A DNA stretch of 60,729 nt, the filler included, from Sphacelaria rigidula (Eukaryota): the NCBI GenBank assembly GCA_964200075.2. It is 9 parts of 9 records of this genome, joined end to end, with 100 filler letters (N's around TTAATTAATTAA, not from the genome) between each part and the next. Parts side by side here need not be neighbours in the genome. Positions count along the whole stretch, not along the records: positions 6,760 to 13,418 come from CAXNAA020018778.1; positions 13,519 to 20,177 come from CAXNAA020018779.1; positions 20,278 to 26,936 come from CAXNAA020018780.1; 6 more parts are not named here. The stretch is one strand, 5' to 3'. Shown piece after piece: positions 11,141-23,773 of this stretch. How positions within the stretch are numbered: the stretch's first letter is position 1; every line of letters starts with the position of its first letter. The notes beneath the pieces were generated by a model that had not been told where the DNA came from, searched no databases, and saw only the letters and a program-made list of their open reading frames with translations. The translations under genes were made by a program, and so were the position numbers.

Positions 11141-12220
11141 AATAGAACATTGCGGTCGGAATAGCCTCGAAAACTTCGCTGCCAATGTTTTTTGTCAGTC
11201 ATAATCGACTGACATCACTGTCTATCGATAGCTATTGTAGGCGGCAATGAATTCGGGACAAGGGACAAAATGTATCATTGTCGTGGCAATGGAGTGGCCA
11301 CGTTTTCTGTCAGTACATGTTGTTTTTTGCAATAGGCTCTGAATTGCGGCCACCAATGTCTATCATTGTTAATCGCAGTAGGATCTGCAATGTTGCCACC
11401 AATACATATCGTTGGTAACAATAGGATCTAAATGGCGCCCATCAATGTCTATTGCTGGTCACAATGTAATCTGAAGCGCGGCCATCAATATCTACTACTG
11501 CTGGCCAAGACGGGAGCTGAACGGCGTCGATCGCTAGCTATGCACTTCGTATGCACGTTGTCGGTTTATGTTTCCACCTTATTCCACAGAAGCTATGGCC
11601 AATCACCGCCTCAGACAGTTGCGTGCTCATGTGTGAAGGATACTGCCGTTGATGTCGTAAGACCACTGCAGTGAGCCATATATTTTTCAAAGCTTATCGT
11701 TGGTGTCACTAGCTATTGATAGATGCTCCCTACAACATCACTGGCTGCAGAGGCTGTTGATAGATTTTTCACCAACTATATTGATGATACCAAATGGTAC
11801 AGATAGACGGCTCACCAAATCTATTGATTACGGCAATTGCTATCGATAGATGGCTCACCAAATCTGTTGATGATGGCAATGACTATCGATGGATGTGTCA
11901 CAAAATCTAACAAGTATGTCAGTGGCTATTGATAAATACATCCCAGAATCTATTACGGTAAACGATTTCCATCGATGAGTGGTGATCTTAATCCACTGCC
12001 ATTGTCATAGACTATTGATCGACCCTTTCAACATCTATTGTCCGTTGCAATACATATCAATACATGTGTTTCACCATCCATTGTGTTCGACCATATACAT
12101 CGATATGTCTAGCCCCGCGTCTACTTCCGAAGCAATGGAGTATCATTGTGTTCATTGTCCAGAGTGTGAAAAATATAAAAAAATCAGGACGATATACAAA
12201 CAAATGCCCTCCGGTACCTA
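11140..12220. repeat. ATCGAT/CTATTG-rich element built of degenerate ~35-40-bp subrepeats
   Basis: Repeated ctat(c/t)gatagat...caccaaatctattgat units. 11915-11985 matches the reverse complement of 26330-26395. Confidence 0.7.
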
Positions 12221-13202
12221 AGGTCATCGGGACACAGCGGGCAAGGAGCAGAAGCAGATACACGACCCCCGCGAAGCCCACTAGACTTCTCGGTTTTTGT
12301 CATCATTATTTATTGATCAACTTCTTGTAACAAAATTAATCGAAAGAATCAAAACAGTGTTTATTGATCAATTTCTTGCGACAAAGTTCACAAAAAAACA
12401 AGTACTGACAATTTTCGAAACAATGCCCTCGTGTGATGGTAAATGAGTGTCTGAATCAAAACTAGTTTCTTGTGGATATGCAGATGGTCCCTAGAAACGA
12501 CCAGCGGGTATGGAAGGATTCTAGTCGAATGTGTGTTTGTACAAGGCAGGATTCGATCCTTGTATTGTTGCCGCAGCGGGTTGAAGGCAAAAGAATTGTA
12601 CCCGATTAGCCGCGTGTACCTGCTGCTACTACAGCTTTGATTGGCTTGAGGTACAGTGCGTCATGCTGATTTGTATACGACAAGATTATATGCGTAGCTG
12701 TGAGCCTTGAGGGCAATCGTGAGCACCATCGCCCACGCAGCCACTTGCGATTCACCTGTCAGAGAAAGGCCTACCGTAGAACTAATCACAAGAAGGACCA
12801 TCAGCTTTTCATCTGTTCTGCGCGACGTCTCCCCTTCTGCCCGCAAGCTGTGACGAGCTATAACACGAGCACGTCGCAAGTAATATAACCCCTTGATATT
12901 ACAGTGGTGTTTCCTTTTCAGAAAGAGCTCAGTGCTTACTTTCAATAACAGCTGTCTACTGTTGACGAGTGCCTTTGTGTGCGAAAAACATATACTTTGA
13001 GTGTAACAAGTCAATCCAGGACCGCGGCAGACACCTCACAGGGGTGTGGCTTGCTTGCGCTCGGTGTATACGGCACTGCTGCTTGCGGTAATTGCTTATA
13101 CCTCCACAAAGTACCACAAGATTGCTGGGGTATGCATTTCACAGCAGCAGCGATATGGTCATGTATATATCGGACTGATTCGCGAAACTCGAGGAGTACT
13201 CC

Positions 13203-13345
13203 CTGGAGCATCAGATGTCCTCCGGAGGATTCGTTGATGTCCATTCTAGAGGGATGAAGCACCCCTACAGGGTATTCAGACCTCAGAAGTCACTGGAGCA
13301 TCAGATATCCTCCAGAAGATTCGCTGATGCCCATTCCAGAGGGAG
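13203..13345 (+). repeat. Direct duplication of ~52 bp
   Basis: ctggagcatcagat(g/a)tcctcc(g/a)ga(g/a)gattcg(t/c)tgatg(t/c)ccatt.. at 13203 and 13293. Confidence 0.75.
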
Positions 13346-13577
13346 AGCAATGCTACGGTAGGGGTGCACTTTTTTCGCGAAATTATGTCTGGTTCAGGGG
13401 CTCCTAACGATTCTAGACNNNNNNNNNNNNNNNNNNNNNNNNNNNNNNNNNNNNNNNNNNNNTTAATTAATTAANNNNNNNNNNNNNNNNNNNNNNNNNN
13501 NNNNNNNNNNNNNNNNNNTCCTCGCTCACTCTTGAGCTACCCTTCGAGCCGGACCATCTGCTCCTACTGTTTACCAT

Positions 13578-13591
13578 TGGTGAGAACAGTG
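13578..13591 (+). promoter_or_regulatory. Candidate primer-binding site after an LTR end
   Basis: ...tttacCA-t-TGGTGAGAACAGTG: a CA LTR terminus followed by TGG, with the TGG-T-N7-GTG layout expected for the complement of a tRNA-Leu-type 3' end. Confidence 0.5.
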
Positions 13592-15711
13592 TGCTGGGCG
13601 ATCAAGGGGATAATCAGTGAGAGTTAAAAAGATATCAAGCCTTTGGGCTCCTTTTGTTTGTTGCTACTGTGACCAACAGTCACGTAAATCTGCACGTGTG
13701 CATTTGCAGCTTGCTTTACTCGGACACCTGGTGCGTTTGCGCACCTACTCAAGCTTGCAGCACACTGATCATAGCTAGGGAGGTGTGGACCTTGTGTCTA
13801 CCTCCATCTATATCACACTGGCGTACGACGAATTGGCCGTGTTTTGCTTGGTTTTTCAGTAGCCCACGCGTATCCTCATAGCCTTACCGCGTTGTGTAGC
13901 TGTCCCTTTCTGTAGCCCCGTTTGCTGCTCCTCACTTTTGGTTCATCTATATTTTGACCCCCCTGGTAAGTAGCAGTTCCAACAGTCCTTCGTTTTCGTT
14001 TAGCTTTTAGAGTGTTTTTCTTTCCCTGTACTACAGTGCTGTCTCCCTGCATTCCTTTCCGTTACATTCCCGCCGCAGCAGCAACGATTGCAACCTGCCA
14101 TTTGCCCCTCTCTTGTTTGGGTCGCTCCTTTAGTTGGGCGATACCCTTGCTTTGTAGTGCCGTTATTCTGTTGTCATCGTCCTTTTCAACCCCGCCCAAC
14201 GCTGTGTCCACTGGGTTGTTGTAAACCTTTACGAACAGTTGAACCTATCCCTTACTGAACCGATACAGAACACGCCGCTTCTCTCTTACGGTGACATCGA
14301 CTATACCTTTTCTCCTTGAGGGCGTCGCCACTTGTGTGCCGCTGCTGTGCTTATAGTGTGGTGTCCTTTTACTCTTGACACTGACTACTTGAGTGTATTC
14401 ATACTTTTCCGGCGCGACAATTGCGTAGCCACAACTACCGCAGCACCGTTGTGGTAGTCGCGCCTACCGCTCCATCGTGCAGAGTACTGTCGCACACACT
14501 ATTTGTTCTTCCGCGCGTTCATCTGCACCAACCTAATCGATACATTCGGTGCTGTCATCTTTCGCCGCACCTCTCCCCAGGTTTTCTATCACACACCGCC
14601 CCGCTACTACATTTTTCGCTGGGTGAGCACTACGTGGTCAATTTTTCACGTTTGGGTCGTGCATTCCACAACGCGCTCTTCATTTTTTGTGCGAGTACTG
14701 GTGAATACATATATATAAATATTATCTTTCGCGCGGGTACTACATACGTGTTTTCTTCTCTTTTCCTTTTAGCCTTGGACAGCGTGTTCCATTTTTTCCC
14801 CTCTGGTGCTCCACCACCTGGATCCCTTTACATTTCCCTGAATTCTTGTTCGAAATTTTTCGCATTCCCTGTAGCCTTTCAGCTTGGCACCTGACCTGCA
14901 CCACCAACTCGTGTTTCAGTCGACTGCTACAGCTGCCTTCTCTTGGACCCCTGCACTTCACTTCTTTGTTTCACACCCTCGTAGCCGCACTTTTAATTAT
15001 CTTTCTGTCTTGACTTTCACAGATACTTACACGTCGCCACCCTTTTTAGCAATGTATTCTACGTTAGTATTGGTGCCTCCTTCGGCGGTCTCGAGTAGTG
15101 TTTTTCTACACCTCCTGTGTGCGGTATTTTCCTTGCACCACTGCAATACCCTTCTCCCGTGTGTGCCTGACCACTACGTATACCTGTCATCTTTGCCGTG
15201 CACAGCGCGCCCGTAGGACATTTGCCCAAGTGTCTGTCTCCTTTCCCAGTCGCCTCATTGTTAGGTTTTACTCTCGCACCAAACCCCTCGTGCGACCACT
15301 ATTAGGTTTCTCTCGGCATATCTGTGAGTTTGTTCCCTTGCGACTATTTACGCCTTGGTACACTCTCCGTGCGCCCCCCCCCTACTCCCCCATATACAGT
15401 TTTCTCTGGAGGTGTCTTATTTCCGCCGCGGATTCCCCCTTTTTGGCGCTTAATCATCTCTACCTTGTTGCGCTTCTGTCTGCCTTTTGGTACTTGGAAT
15501 TGCCGTGATTACGCTGTTTGTTATTATCACAGCAGTCTACTCTAGTTTGGTGTAACTCTGTTTCTAAAATTCTGTAGTCTTTACTGCTTAATTTTTCCTT
15601 TTTTTTCGGTACTTACCATCTCCTGCCGAGTCTACACTACCTACTATTATTGTTATACCAGAACCTTTGTACTCTGGTATCTGACGTCTATTTCTACTTC
15701 TTCACCTTAAT

Positions 15712-18700
15712 ATGGCGCAACCGCAGAAAATAACTTTCCCCTCGGTCTTGCCCACTTACGAATATTTACGCCGTCAGCGTTTGCTTTCATCAATCCCTTC
15801 AAAACCAAAACCCTCTACTATTACTTCCCCTGTACACGAAGAAGTGGAATCCGACAGAGCTTCGACTCGCAGCTCTGGCGACTACACGTCTCAAGACTTA
15901 GCTGCTGCTGGTGCCCACCATCGCCATCTGTTCAAGACTCCCGGCATAATCGACGAGTCGCTCCCCGCTCGCTCTGTCGCGGATCGTTCATTGCCCAAGA
16001 CTCCCGGCATTATCGACGAGTCGCTCCGCGCTCGCTCTGTCGCGGATCGTTCATTGCCCAAGACTTCCGGCACTATCGACGAGTCGCTCCGCGCTCGCTC
16101 TGCCGCGGATCGTACACTGTCCAAGACTTCCAACATGGTCGACGAATCGCTACGCGCTCGCTCTATTGTGCAACGGGCTCAGTCTCAGGGCTCCCACATG
16201 TCTGAGGAGTCGCCACGCGCCGCCACTGTTGTGGACCGATACCCGCTTCAGGCTTTTACAGCGATTGTTGACTCACCCCGCGCTCGCGATGTTGAGGGTT
16301 ACGACGTCTCCCAGCGGCAACGCCGACAAGACAGATATCGTGAGGACATTTCTGTTCATCGCACCGCGCGCCAACCATCCTCCTCGCGCCGTGGCCGCTC
16401 TGCAGCGCCTTCCACAGAGCACTTGCCTTTAGTGACGGCCCTGGAGCACTTGCTTCGTTCGTCACCGGCTGTCATTTCTGACGGTCCGGCGACCACTGCC
16501 CTTTCACAAGCGCTTGCGGCCGCGTTTCACACAGCCGTTGAACATTCAACGCCTTCTGATCATGTTCGCTTTGACAGTAATATGAACCATCAAGCCTCTG
16601 CGCCACTGACTGCCGACCCTGATGATGCACGTTCAACCTCAGATGCTGTTTCTGATTTTGATTTGGACCATGACGACCTCGTTCACCACGGTGATACCAC
16701 TACTCATGCCCATGATGTACGTGCACTGCTATCGGGATTATCTTCAACTACGGCATCTTCACGGACTAAATCTGTCGATCAGACATATGTAAGCTCACGA
16801 CTACCCGCTGATGCCTCGTTGGCTAATATCCACGCGCCTTTGCGCGGCGGACACAGCACTCACCTTGCCCTTCCGCCCCATCCTGATGCTGCCACTGTGC
16901 GTGCTGTCGAACGACAAATTGCAGATCGTCGTCGCTACTTACGTTCCGCTGCAACTATGGCCAACGCTCCTGCACCTTCGACTACTGCGCCAATCGCAGC
17001 CACCGCCCCTTCTACCGCAGCGGACACCAACACGGATGCCGAGAGCACCCGTGTCACGCCCCCCGCTCCCCGCGCGGCGGCCCCCGCGGATTACGCCACG
17101 GCGGATCACGGCCGCGCCCCTGTCACGGCCGCGTCGGCGACATCGGCCCTTTCGCCACCTAACCCTACTGCCTCAGACTCGGCTCCGGCGCCTGCCCCCG
17201 AGCCCCACACGGACGATCGCCCCCTGCTAGGCGTCGAGCATTGCCCGTTGGGCCTTCCGCCCCGGCTCTGGCTTCATGGCACCCGCGCCGACCAAGAACA
17301 CATTTTGACTGAATACCAAGGTTTCGAACCAGCCACGACCCTGGCGCCAACTTCGCCCCGACAACCGGTAGACAACGCTGCTCCCCGTCACCTTCCGGAC
17401 GACCTCGCGGAACGACTGGCGCGCCAACGCCAGGTCGTTGCTTCGGCATCCAGCCGTCAGCGGGCGGCTCAACGTACCCTCGACGAACGCCTCGCTACGC
17501 TCGGCCAGGTACAGGATTCAGTATGCCGCGATGAACATCGTCTCCGTCAATGCGAGACTGCGACCCAAACTGCGACTACGGCTCTCCGTTCCATGGAACA
17601 GGAACACCATCTTCCTCTGCTCCGGACCACGCCGGCAGAGCCTGCACCTGCCGCCACTATTCCTGGCTCCCGCACCGACCGCGAACCTTCGCGCTCACGC
17701 GCTGCTGCCGCGGCTTCTGCGGCCTCGCCCACGCTTCCCCAGCCTGCCCCACTGCAAGCCCCTCGAGCTTCGGCGCCCCCCGCTGCCACGTCCGGGCTGC
17801 ACCTGCAGAGCAGTGAACGGCCTTGGTTCAGTTGGACGCTCCGTCAACTTTCGGGGGAGTACAGTAGCAACAACGTACTCCGCGCCTCTGAGCAGGCTTG
17901 GAGCTCCCTTCTCCTGCCCGTCACTGGTGTCATCGCCCCCTTCCTCCAACAAGGTGGACAGCTCCCGCGCTAGGAGCCCGGCACTCTCACCATCGAAAGG
18001 ATCGTATTTTATCTCACGATTGGTACCGGGGACGCTCGTTCTCAATATGAGACCGCCGTTACCGCCCTCTTCGCCGCCATGCGGGTAGCCCGCAACACAC
18101 TGCCACCCGACAATGATGGAGCTTGGATCACCCCGCACCCCCCTCGCCGTCGTCATGATGATGATGACTCTAACGACGACCCTTCCGGGGCTGCCCCACG
18201 CCATGGGCACGGGTCCCACCGTCTTACGAACAACAATCGACGATCGACTCGCGGCACTCACAAACGGGGTGGCAACCAGTCTTCGAGTTCGTCGACTGCA
18301 CGACACCGCCACCATGCTTCAATGCGGACCGACCGGCCCCCCTCGGCCGTCAGACAAGTAACGCCTCCTTTGGCTGATGCGTCTGCTCGCATCTTAGGTC
18401 TCACGGATAGTGATAGTGATAATCCGGCTCGCCCACTGTCTTCCAACTCGGCTCGGTCACTAGCTGCCGCCGCCGCTGCTAAACAACAAGCTGCGGTTGA
18501 CAAAGCCGTTGCTGATACTCGTAGAGAAGCTTCTCGTGTCGCCGCGATCAAGCGCGAATATTTTCAGATGAATGTTAAGAAATTATGGCATATCAAAACC
18601 ATGCCTGCTGCAGACAATGAGGACTCCGGTCAGTGTACGTCCGCTCTCATTTCCTCAATGCGTCGAACGATGCGCAATATTCTTGAGTTGGCCGATGCAA

Positions 18701-19919
18701 CTGGTCAACAACGTTTCGAAGACTCTGACTGGATCGATGGCTGGCAAACACCGCTGCATAAGGCTTTGCACCGCTCAATCAGCCGTCGCTCCCCTGACGT
18801 TGTTGCCTCTTTGACGCAGATTCTCGATTCCTTCTTCGCCACCGTGGACCAAGATCGTGCCCGTGGGCAACCAGCGACGTTATTATTCAGCAATTTGGAA
18901 AGGCGTTTCATAGGGTACTTCGATAAGTCTGATCAGGCAGGCGCCATCAAACGCCTTAGTTCCTTCGCCGTCGCGACAGACGTGCCCTTTGCTGACTACC
19001 TCCGCGAATTCAAGCTTTTGGTGTCGAGTGTGACTGGTACCGGGCGACAGAATGGCCCTAGTGATGCTATGTGTCAAACATACGTTCGCAATAGTATCGC
19101 TCAGCAATTTCCGACGCTGATGCCGTCTTTGTTTCCGGGCGCTTTGACGCACACACAGGTGCCTTACGCCTCTGTAGACGCGATGTGGAATGCGTTTGTA
19201 GATCAGGAACATAATTTAACGCCTGCCATTCGTGGCGCACAGTGTTCTTCTGGGTCTTCGCAGACCTTGCGTGTTGCTTCAACAAGTACCTCCGGGCCTC
19301 GTGGACGCACTCAGACTTTATCCAATGATACTTGGACACCAAACTCTGTCGGTGGATCGGTCATGCCTGTTCGTAACACAAGAGACCTGTTCCGTGCAAG
19401 CTTTGATGCTTGGCCTTTTTTGGCAAACACTTTTGATGACGTTTATGTCGTTTCCACGACTGCTTTCATCACCAATGACCCACATATGTGGACCCCCTTG
19501 CTATCGCCTTTGGCTCGCAAGGATGCTTTTCGTCGCCATGCTAACACATGCATTAACTGCAATGGCACTGGCCACAGTATGCGAGATTGCCCTGAACCTT
19601 GCATCAATATTTTTCGCTCATGAACCCTGAACTTCAGAGCAACAGACAGGCGTGGCGCCGATGGCAAAAACGCATGCACGAGTATACTCCACCTTCTCGC
19701 CACCCTCACCAACCTTACCACACTCATAGCGACTCTCGCTCAAATCGCGACCGCCGCCACACCACTAACACAGTCCCAGGGACTCGCCATGGAGATCGTG
19801 TTTTCCGCCCTTCTCAGTCTTCGCATGGTCATCATCAGCGAACAGGGCCGACTCACCACCACACCAACCCCAATGCCAGAAACCCTGGTTCTTTCATGAC
19901 GGATCGCAACGACCCATGA
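15712..19919 (+). mobile_element. Very long Gag/ORF1-like reading frame of a retroelement (interrupted)
   Basis: ORFs 15712-17973 and 18079-19623 share a frame and are separated only by TAG 17971-17973 (the intervening codons are open). Gag-like helical segment (FADYLREFKLLVS) and CX2CX4HX4C knuckle CINCNGTGHSMRDC at 19549-19590. Continues in another frame from ~19612 to TGA 19917-19919. Confidence 0.75.
15934..16165 (+). repeat. In-frame 63-bp tandem repeat (KTPGIIDESLxARSVADRSLP x ~4)
   Basis: Units start at 15934, 15997, 16060 and 16123. Confidence 0.9.
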
Positions 19920-21844
19920 CACGCCGACGACGGCGTGAAGTCTTCGGCGCCGCCGACAGCAGAATCGAAGACTCATCCAACAAACAACAACACTCGGGTG
20001 ACAACACGTTCTCACCCATCACTATTCAGAAGATCAATTAACGGCCGTTCTTATCGACTCCCGTCTTTATCTTCATCTACGCAGCGTAACCGTTGTGTTG
20101 ACTCACAACCCAGCTCTATGCTCGTCTCCAGAATTGGTCCTCCGGAACTAAGTATAAATGACACTTTTTACGCTAGCNNNNNNNNNNNNNNNNNNNNNNN
20201 NNNNNNNNNNNNNNNNNNNNNTTAATTAATTAANNNNNNNNNNNNNNNNNNNNNNNNNNNNNNNNNNNNNNNNNNNNTTTGTAGGGATGCGAGGTCAATG
20301 ATCTTATGACTATGACATGCATGATCATGAGTACACCCCTCCCCCCCCCTGCCAACATGCGCAGAGTACGTGCCGCCCTAGTCTAATGAGTTTCGGCCCT
20401 AGATGTCCGGGATGCTGCGCGCTTGTGGACTGTTCGTTTGACTCCTGCTCATGTTGGCAACACCAACACTCGTCATTGTGGGGAAAACAAAACCTTGTTG
20501 ATCGCAAAAATACGAAACGACCAACCGACAACTTCAGCGAATAAACTAAACTAAACAGGACAAAACAAAACGATTCTAAGGCCGGATCTTATCAAGACGA
20601 GAAAAGAAAAAAAAGGATATATGGACATGTGTCATTTCACATTTTTCACCACTTTTGCCGAGTTTTCTCTGGCAGCAAGGCATTTCATCCCGCGTTTCCT
20701 TTGCAGCGCACGAAGAAGGCGCAGCGATACACGGCCGTTCAGGTTTGGGCGCCATCTGATACCCTGTGACGCGTGTTCTGGCCCGCCGATAGTCGGTCAA
20801 ACTGACTCTCTCTCGCGGGGTGTCGATCCCTTACCACCAAGGCCTCTTGAAGATGGTGGAAAACTTCATACAGGAACCCGAGCCACAAAAACCTTTTCAT
20901 GGCGGGGTATTTTTTCCACCTCCGCACACCGCCCGTGAAACGAGCTCTTGATGCTGGAAGTGCCCACCCCTTTTCTCGTGATGTTCTTCACTCGTGGTCT
21001 GAGACAATTGAAACTTCGGAATATGACAGTATCAACTGGAAGGTACATATTCTCCCACACAAATGCCTCCATAATATGGAAAAGGGATAACACTGATGTA
21101 TTTTCGACTCGCGTCATCCCCGGGAGGCCAGTACCACCCTCCCGAAGAACCTTGTGTGTATATATAATATACATATATCATTTGTGAATTTGAGAATATT
21201 TGTGAGTGTGCCCAAGCCTCAATATCATCACAAGAAATCACCCGGCATGCTTGTCGAAGTCGAGGACCAAAATGAAGATCGATTATGAGAGCGTCACGAC
21301 ATTAACAGCTCACGAACAGACTAGTGGGTCACACGCCCAACAGAGGTGACTGTGCACATCTGATGTGTGATCCAGGCCCCATGGTGCGCCGAACAGCCCA
21401 CGCGTAGCAACGATTTTGACGCGTCCTTTCGCACTCTGAAAAGAAAAAAGGTTTTATTTTTCACTTATTTTCTCAAGAATATTTTCGAGGTCGTTGAGAA
21501 TAGGGGAGTAGCTCTCATCAAGCACAACAAGGATAAAGAACGTCAACGGTCACAACCGTCCTAATGGTAATCGGAAGTACACTTCCTAATTTTTTTTTTT
21601 TCATGAATCAATGATCAATCAGCCAATATCCATGCTACGGAAGGGGTGCACGAGTTGTTTTATGGGCCAGCGTACTAGATTTAGATACAGACTTTCGCGC
21701 TGCACACACTATTCATTGTGCAACTGGCACGAAGTTGCGTCTGATCGTCAGGCCGTCCTCTTTGAGGCAAACATGTCAAATTTATGAGAAAATCTTATTG
21801 TTATGCTCCACAAGGCTAGAATACCTCAGACAAGTCTTGCACGC

Positions 21845-21986
21845 CCCTGGATGATGACGATACATCACATTGTCAAAAACTGTACTGAGTACAGTATCGA
21901 CTGTTGCGTCTACTGCAAAAGACAACATATGCCATACTGTATACAGTACATTTTTCGACAATGTCATCTATCGTCATCATCCAGGG
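21845..21986. mobile_element. 142-bp palindromic MITE-like element
   Basis: Perfect 18-bp inverted ends ccctggatgatgacgata / tatcgtcatcatccaggg. Inner arms acattgtcaaaaactgtact / agtacatttttcgacaatgt. Confidence 0.8.
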
Positions 21987-21989
21987 TGT

Positions 21990-22212
21990 AAAATCGATGG
22001 AGATGCTGGAGTGTCCCAATTTGGGCAAAAAGGTGGTGAACCAAACTTAAATGTCCAGAGAATCGGAGAAATGATCTGGTTTGCTCACAGCTAGCCGGAA
22101 AACATTGCCAAACAGACTGGGGTCCGAAAAATCAAATCACGGGGGATAATCACCTGTAGACGGGCTGAAATCCTCATATTGGTACAAATCAAGATTCGTT
22201 GCCATTAAAGTT
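21990..22212. mobile_element. Half copy of the 4483-4953 foldback element
   Basis: Collinear with 4725-4945 (ggagatgc.ggagtgtcc...tgctcacagctagccg...ttcgttgccat). Confidence 0.8.
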
Positions 22213-23087
22213 GGCCTGAACACTTGAGCCCCAATGATTGATTCGCACGGTACGAATCAATCACATTATACATCAAGTGATTTCCAGACGAATCATCATT
22301 CGTGCGACCGTTGATATCGTGCTCCTTCCTCATGAGTAGTACAGGGTATGTTTTCAAAAGGGCAACGATTCCTGGGGAGTTTGGAGGAGTAGGAGGAGGA
22401 GGATCCTTTCGGGGTGGTCCGTGCCTTGTCGCTGTCGGATGTGTCTGTGTCGTCAGTCCAATAGAGGTTCCCGGCGTTGGGCTACAAATGTCCATGGTTG
22501 ACACATTACTTGATTTGAGTGTGTACGACGAGAATCGGAATTTGAGTACGGCTGACAGTCCCGTGTGCTCCTCGCGTGCGCTGAATGCGTTTTCGTTGAC
22601 ATCGGCGCCACAGGCGCCGATTTGGGGTCCACCAAGGCCGCACTTTGCCTTGGGAATGCTATTTTCCGCCCTTGCCCGAGGGTTTCGGCATGCGTCGGGT
22701 TGGGGTTAGGGTTAGGGGTAGCGATACTTGTAAGATTGTGTCTACCATGAACATTTGTAGGCCAACGCCTGTGAACTAGCCTCCCCTCCTCTCGATGATG
22801 TGCAGATCTTCTGACGTCAGTTTTCTCATGTGATTTGCAGGCGACGGTGACTTTCATATATCATACCTCCGAAGAAACAACATGATCATAGATGGCTTGT
22901 TTGTTTGTAAGGTCATTGACTGGTTTTGTGTATTCATCGATGAGTTATGGTAACTGCTTCAAACCAGGGCACGTTTGATATGATGTGCGGGGTTATGTGT
23001 GTGTTTATGCGTGTTTCCTCTTGTTTTTGATCATGCGTCGATGTTCCTGTTCCGGTTTCCAAGGTGATTATGTTAGACTCTGTGTTC

Positions 23088-23395
23088 GACATGGAAGATG
23101 GTCATGTGGGACTTGTGCCTGACTAGAATATGGTCATGTGGCGGGCTGTGGCTGACTAAGAAGCGTGTGAGACCTTGTGCCCGACTCGAAGGTGGTCATG
23201 TGAGACTTGTGCCCGACTCGAATGTGGGCATGTGAGACTTGTGCCCGACTCGAATATGGTCATGCGAGACTTATGCCCGATTAGAAGATGGCCATGCGAA
23301 GCTTGTGACCGACTGAAATGCGGTCGTGAGAGGGTCGTTTTGTTCAAGGATGGTTATATGAGGCTTGTGCCGTGCTCGGATATGGTTACGCGAGA
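23088..23395. repeat. ~30-bp minisatellite
   Basis: About 10 degenerate units of ggtcatgtgagacttgtgcccgactcgaagat. Confidence 0.85.
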
Positions 23396-23544
23396 GCTGT
23401 CCCCCCCCCGCGAAAGTCTGTTCGAGTATTCCTCAAATCCTCTCCAGCCCCAGCTAGCCCAAGCTAACCTGTGCAACAATCACCCTACAAACCTCAACAC
23501 AGTCACGTTGCCTGTACTATGTCCTCATATCCCCACCACTGCAG

Positions 23545-23773
23545 TCTGTAAGAGCCGGCTCTAGGTTATCTGATCAGCACTTGAAGACGCTGGTGCCTCT
23601 GGTACACCGATTTTCGTTGATGACGTATGATTATGGAGGCGGCGTGCCGGGCCGAGGGCAGGGGGTCCCCAACAGTCCTGTGCGATGGCTGAGGGAGTGC
23701 GTGGAGGCGTTTGCGCCGTTGCACCTGGGGCCGGGACTCCGAGAAAAAGTACTGCTGGGTCTGCCGTTTTACG
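23545..23773 (+). CDS. CHID1: Internal exon of a GH18 chitinase-domain-containing protein (CHID1-like)
   Basis: cag|...|gtgag boundaries. SVRAGSRLSDQHLKTLVPLVHRFSLMTYDYGGG...PNSPVRWLRECVEAF...KVLLGLPFYG matches the GH18 MTYD and K.LLG..FYG motifs in CHID1 spacing. The acceptor could instead be at 23564. Confidence 0.8.

Noticed and set aside
13335..13418. PPT and start of a 3' LTR for the gypsy element
   Set aside because: A purine tract followed by TG is present, but no matching 5' LTR is visible on the contig.
20560..21130. Minus-strand protein-like fragments (possible transposase relic)
   Set aside because: No diagnostic motif; frames are broken.
23088..23395. 30-bp repeats as CRISPR or coding repeat
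   Set aside because: Head-to-tail degenerate minisatellite without spacers or splice support.
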